A DNA stretch of 64,000 nt, taken from assembly GCA_963770565.1 (NCBI GenBank), contig CAVYQE010000011.1, positions 832,001 through 896,000 of the forward strand. The letters run 5' to 3'. This DNA is from an uncultured Actinomycetota bacterium (GTDB lineage: Bacteria; Actinomycetota; Actinomycetes; JAFAQI01). The notes beneath the pieces are model-generated. The model searched no databases and had not been told where the DNA came from. It saw only the letters and a list, made by a program, of their open reading frames with translations. The position numbers and the translations under genes are program-made. Below are positions 61,534 through 64,000 of the stretch, piece after piece. Positions within the stretch are counted from its first letter, which is position 1. The number at the start of each line of letters is the position of its first letter.

Positions 61534-63229
61534 CCGTCGTCGAGCCCGTCCGCGCCGAACGGCTGCGCCCGCAACGCATCCAGGTGATGCCGGGCAGCCG
61601 GATCGTTCGATGGATGACGACGACCGATCACAAGACGATCGGGCTGATGTACCTCATCACCTCGTTCATCTTCTTCCTGATCGGCGGCGTGATGGCCGAG
61701 CTCATGCGCGCCGAGCTGGCCAGGCCGGGGCTGCAGCTGCTCACCAATGAGCAGTACAACCAGCTGTTCACGATGCACGGCACGATCATGCTGCTGTTCT
61801 TCGCAACGCCGCTGTTCGTGGGCTTCGCCAACGTCATCATGCCGCTGCAGATCGGCGCACCGGACGTCGCGTTCCCGCGGCTGAACATGTTCAGCTACTG
61901 GCTGTTCCTGTTCGGTGGCCTGATCATGATGTCGGGCTTCCTGACCCCGGGTGGAGCGGCCGACTTCGGCTGGTTCGCCTACTCGCCGCTGTCGGGCGCG
62001 CTGTATTCGCCGGGGCCCGGCGCGGACCTGTGGATCATGGGGCTCACCCTGTCCGGGTTCGGCACGATCCTCGGCGGCGTCAACTTCATCACCACGATCA
62101 TCTGTCTGCGCGCCCCAGGCATGACGATGTTCCGGATGCCGATCTTCACCTGGAACATCCTGGTCACGTCGATCCTGGTGCTGGTCGCGTTCCCGGTGCT
62201 GGCGGCGGCGTTGCTCGCCCTCGAGGCCGACCGCAAGTTCGGCGCTCACGTCTTCGACGCGAGCAACGGCGGAGCGGTGCTCTGGCAGCACCTGTTCTGG
62301 TTCTTCGGCCATCCCGAGGTCTACATCGTCGCCTTGCCCTTCTTCGGGATCATCACCGAGGTGATCCCGGTCTTCAGCCGCAAGCCCCTGTTCGGCTACA
62401 AGGGCTTGGTCTTCGCGACGATCTCGATCTCCGGGCTGTCGATCACGGTGTGGGCGCACCACATGTTCGCCACCGGGGCCGTGCTGCTTCCGTTCTTCTC
62501 GCTGCTGTCGTTCCTGATCGCGGTGCCGACCGGGGTGAAGTTCTTCAACTGGATCGGCACGATGTGGCGCGGCGCGATCTCCTTCGATACCGCGATGTTG
62601 TTCGCGATCGGCTTCCTGATCACGTTCCTGCTCGGGGGTCTGACCGGCGTACTGCTCGCCTCACCGCCGATCGACTTCCACGTCAGCGACTCCTACTTCG
62701 TCGTCGCGCACTTCCACTACGTGCTGTTCGGCACGGTCGTGTTCGCGATGTTCTCCGGCTTCTACTTCTGGTGGCCGAAGATGACCGGCACGATGCTCGA
62801 CGAACGGCTCGGCAAGATCCACTTCTGGACCCTGTTCATCGGCTTCCACATGACGTTCCTCGTGCAGCACTGGCTCGGCGTCGAGGGCATGCCACGCCGC
62901 TATCCGGACTACTTACCCACCGACGGCTGGACCACGCTCAACACGATCTCGACGATCGGTGCGCTACATCCTCGGCCTGTCAATGCTGCCGTTCATGTAC
63001 AACGTCGTGGCGATCGTGGGTCGGCAAGAACGAGCGGGTGGTCGGCGACGACCCGTGGGGCTACGGCAACTCGCTGGAGTGGGCGACGTCGTGTCCGCCA
63101 CCGCGGCACAACTTCACCTCGATCCCGCGGATCCGGTCCGAGCGGCCGGCCTTCGACCTGCACTACCCGCACTTGTCGGGGCTTCCTGAGATGCACTCGC
63201 TGCCGGTGGCCGTCGAGGATCCGGCATGA
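61530..63229 (+). CDS. ctaD: Cytochrome c oxidase subunit I (two apparent +1 frameshifts near 62964 and 63007)
   Basis: [46 protein letters not shown]. Confidence 0.95.
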
Positions 63230-63618
63230 AGGTCGAGGGCTTCCTCTTCGCGTTCATCGCGGTTTTCCTCGCCGGCACCGACGTCGTCTACTGGTTCCTC
63301 TCGCACGACCCGACCGGGACGACCGCGCTGGCCCTGGGTGCACTTCTCGGGACGCTGACCGGCTCGTACCTGCTGGTGTCGGCGAGCCGGATGGATGCCC
63401 GCCCGGAGGACCGCAAGGACGCCGAGATCGGGGACGGCGCGGGCGAGATCGGCTTCTTCAGCCCGTACAGCTGGGCGCCGCTGTGGTGCGCCGGGGCGGC
63501 CGCGGTGTTCTTCACCGGGATCGTCTTCGGCTGGTGGCTGTGCTTCATCGGCGCGGCCTTCGCCGTGCCTGCAGTCGGCTCGATGGTGTTCGAGTACTAC
63601 TCCGACGACATGGCCTGA
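63226..63618 (+). CDS. ctaF: Cytochrome c oxidase subunit 4
   Basis: [27 protein letters not shown]. Confidence 0.92.
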   Translation: MKVEGFLFAFIAVFLAGTDVVYWFLSHDPTGTTALALGALLGTLTGSYLLVSASRMDARPEDRKDAEIGDGAGEIGFFSPYSWAPLWCAGAAAVFFTGIVFGWWLCFIGAAFAVPAVGSMVFEYYSDDMA

Positions 63619-63631
63619 CGCCTCAGTCGGT

Positions 63632-63832
63632 TCAGCCCGCCGCAGAGCTCGAGGGCTTGGCCGTCGGCGCGGTCTTGGCGTGCTCCGCGACCTCGAGCCA
63701 GATCGGATCGCGATCGGGACGTTCAGCTCGGTTGATGGCGACCGAGTCCGGGCTCTCAGTGCTGACAAGGTCGCACAGCAACGTGATCGGGACCCGCTCG
63801 TGGAGCAGGGTCATGACGGAGACGGTCCTCAT
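63632..63832 (-). CDS. Small hypothetical protein
   Basis: AAGGGG RBS; VPITLLCDL...PDS pattern; own predicted promoter. Confidence 0.6.
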   Translation of the reverse strand: MRTVSVMTLLHERVPITLLCDLVSTESPDSVAINRAERPDRDPIWLEVAEHAKTAPTAKPSSSAAG

Positions 63833-63849
63833 GGCGCACCCCTTGGTCT

Positions 63850-63894
63850 CGAATTACACTAGTGTAATTCGGCACCCATGCCGCATTCCTTGAG
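63850..63894 (-). promoter_or_regulatory. FliA/WhiG (sigma28)-type promoter overlapped by a 22-bp palindrome
   Basis: Minus strand CTCAAG-n15-GCCGAA; CGAATTACACTAGTGTAATTCG at 63850-63871. Confidence 0.65.
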
Positions 63895-64000
63895 CGGTTT
63901 CGGCGTACTTATTGAGGATTGGTTTGGTCTGTCCATCTGGACCCGTCCCACCACCGGTTAGTGCCGGGGATGCCCGGATCCGGGTACCAGCCCGGTGGGG

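Noticed and set aside
62960-63893. 787-aa extended CtaD in the ORF track
   Set aside because: Artefact of two +1 insertions. The true C-terminus is in another frame ending at 63229, followed by ctaF.

Overview
High-GC actinobacterial chromosome window. The backbone follows the conserved Actinomycetota gene order: glnA, RDD, DUF4191, lipA/lipB, TIGR01777, dlaT, lpdA, pepA, gcvT ... DUF3043, pspA ... glycerate kinase, iscA, adenosine kinase, ctaC/D/F. Positions ~1-7670 look like the right end of an integrated element whose junction lies in the 3' end of glnA. It carries sugar-catabolism genes, gene remnants, a short SSB, an Mrr-type nuclease and a 75-bp IS21-like mini-element that breaks a small gene. 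Where cobT/cobS usually sit there is instead a cobalamin-riboswitch-controlled ECF transporter. It is preceded by two exported proteins resembling the separated alpha-barrel and beta domains of transcobalamin, the best candidate for an uncharacterised system here. A ~20-kb nucleoside/pyrimidine scavenging cluster follows. An IS1634-family element with a 111-bp target duplication sits inside a REP-like palindrome. Four REP-like repeat families are present, two with a 31-bp period. Frameshifts in glnA, dlaT and ctaD are most likely consensus errors. All annotations are by eye; no searches were run.
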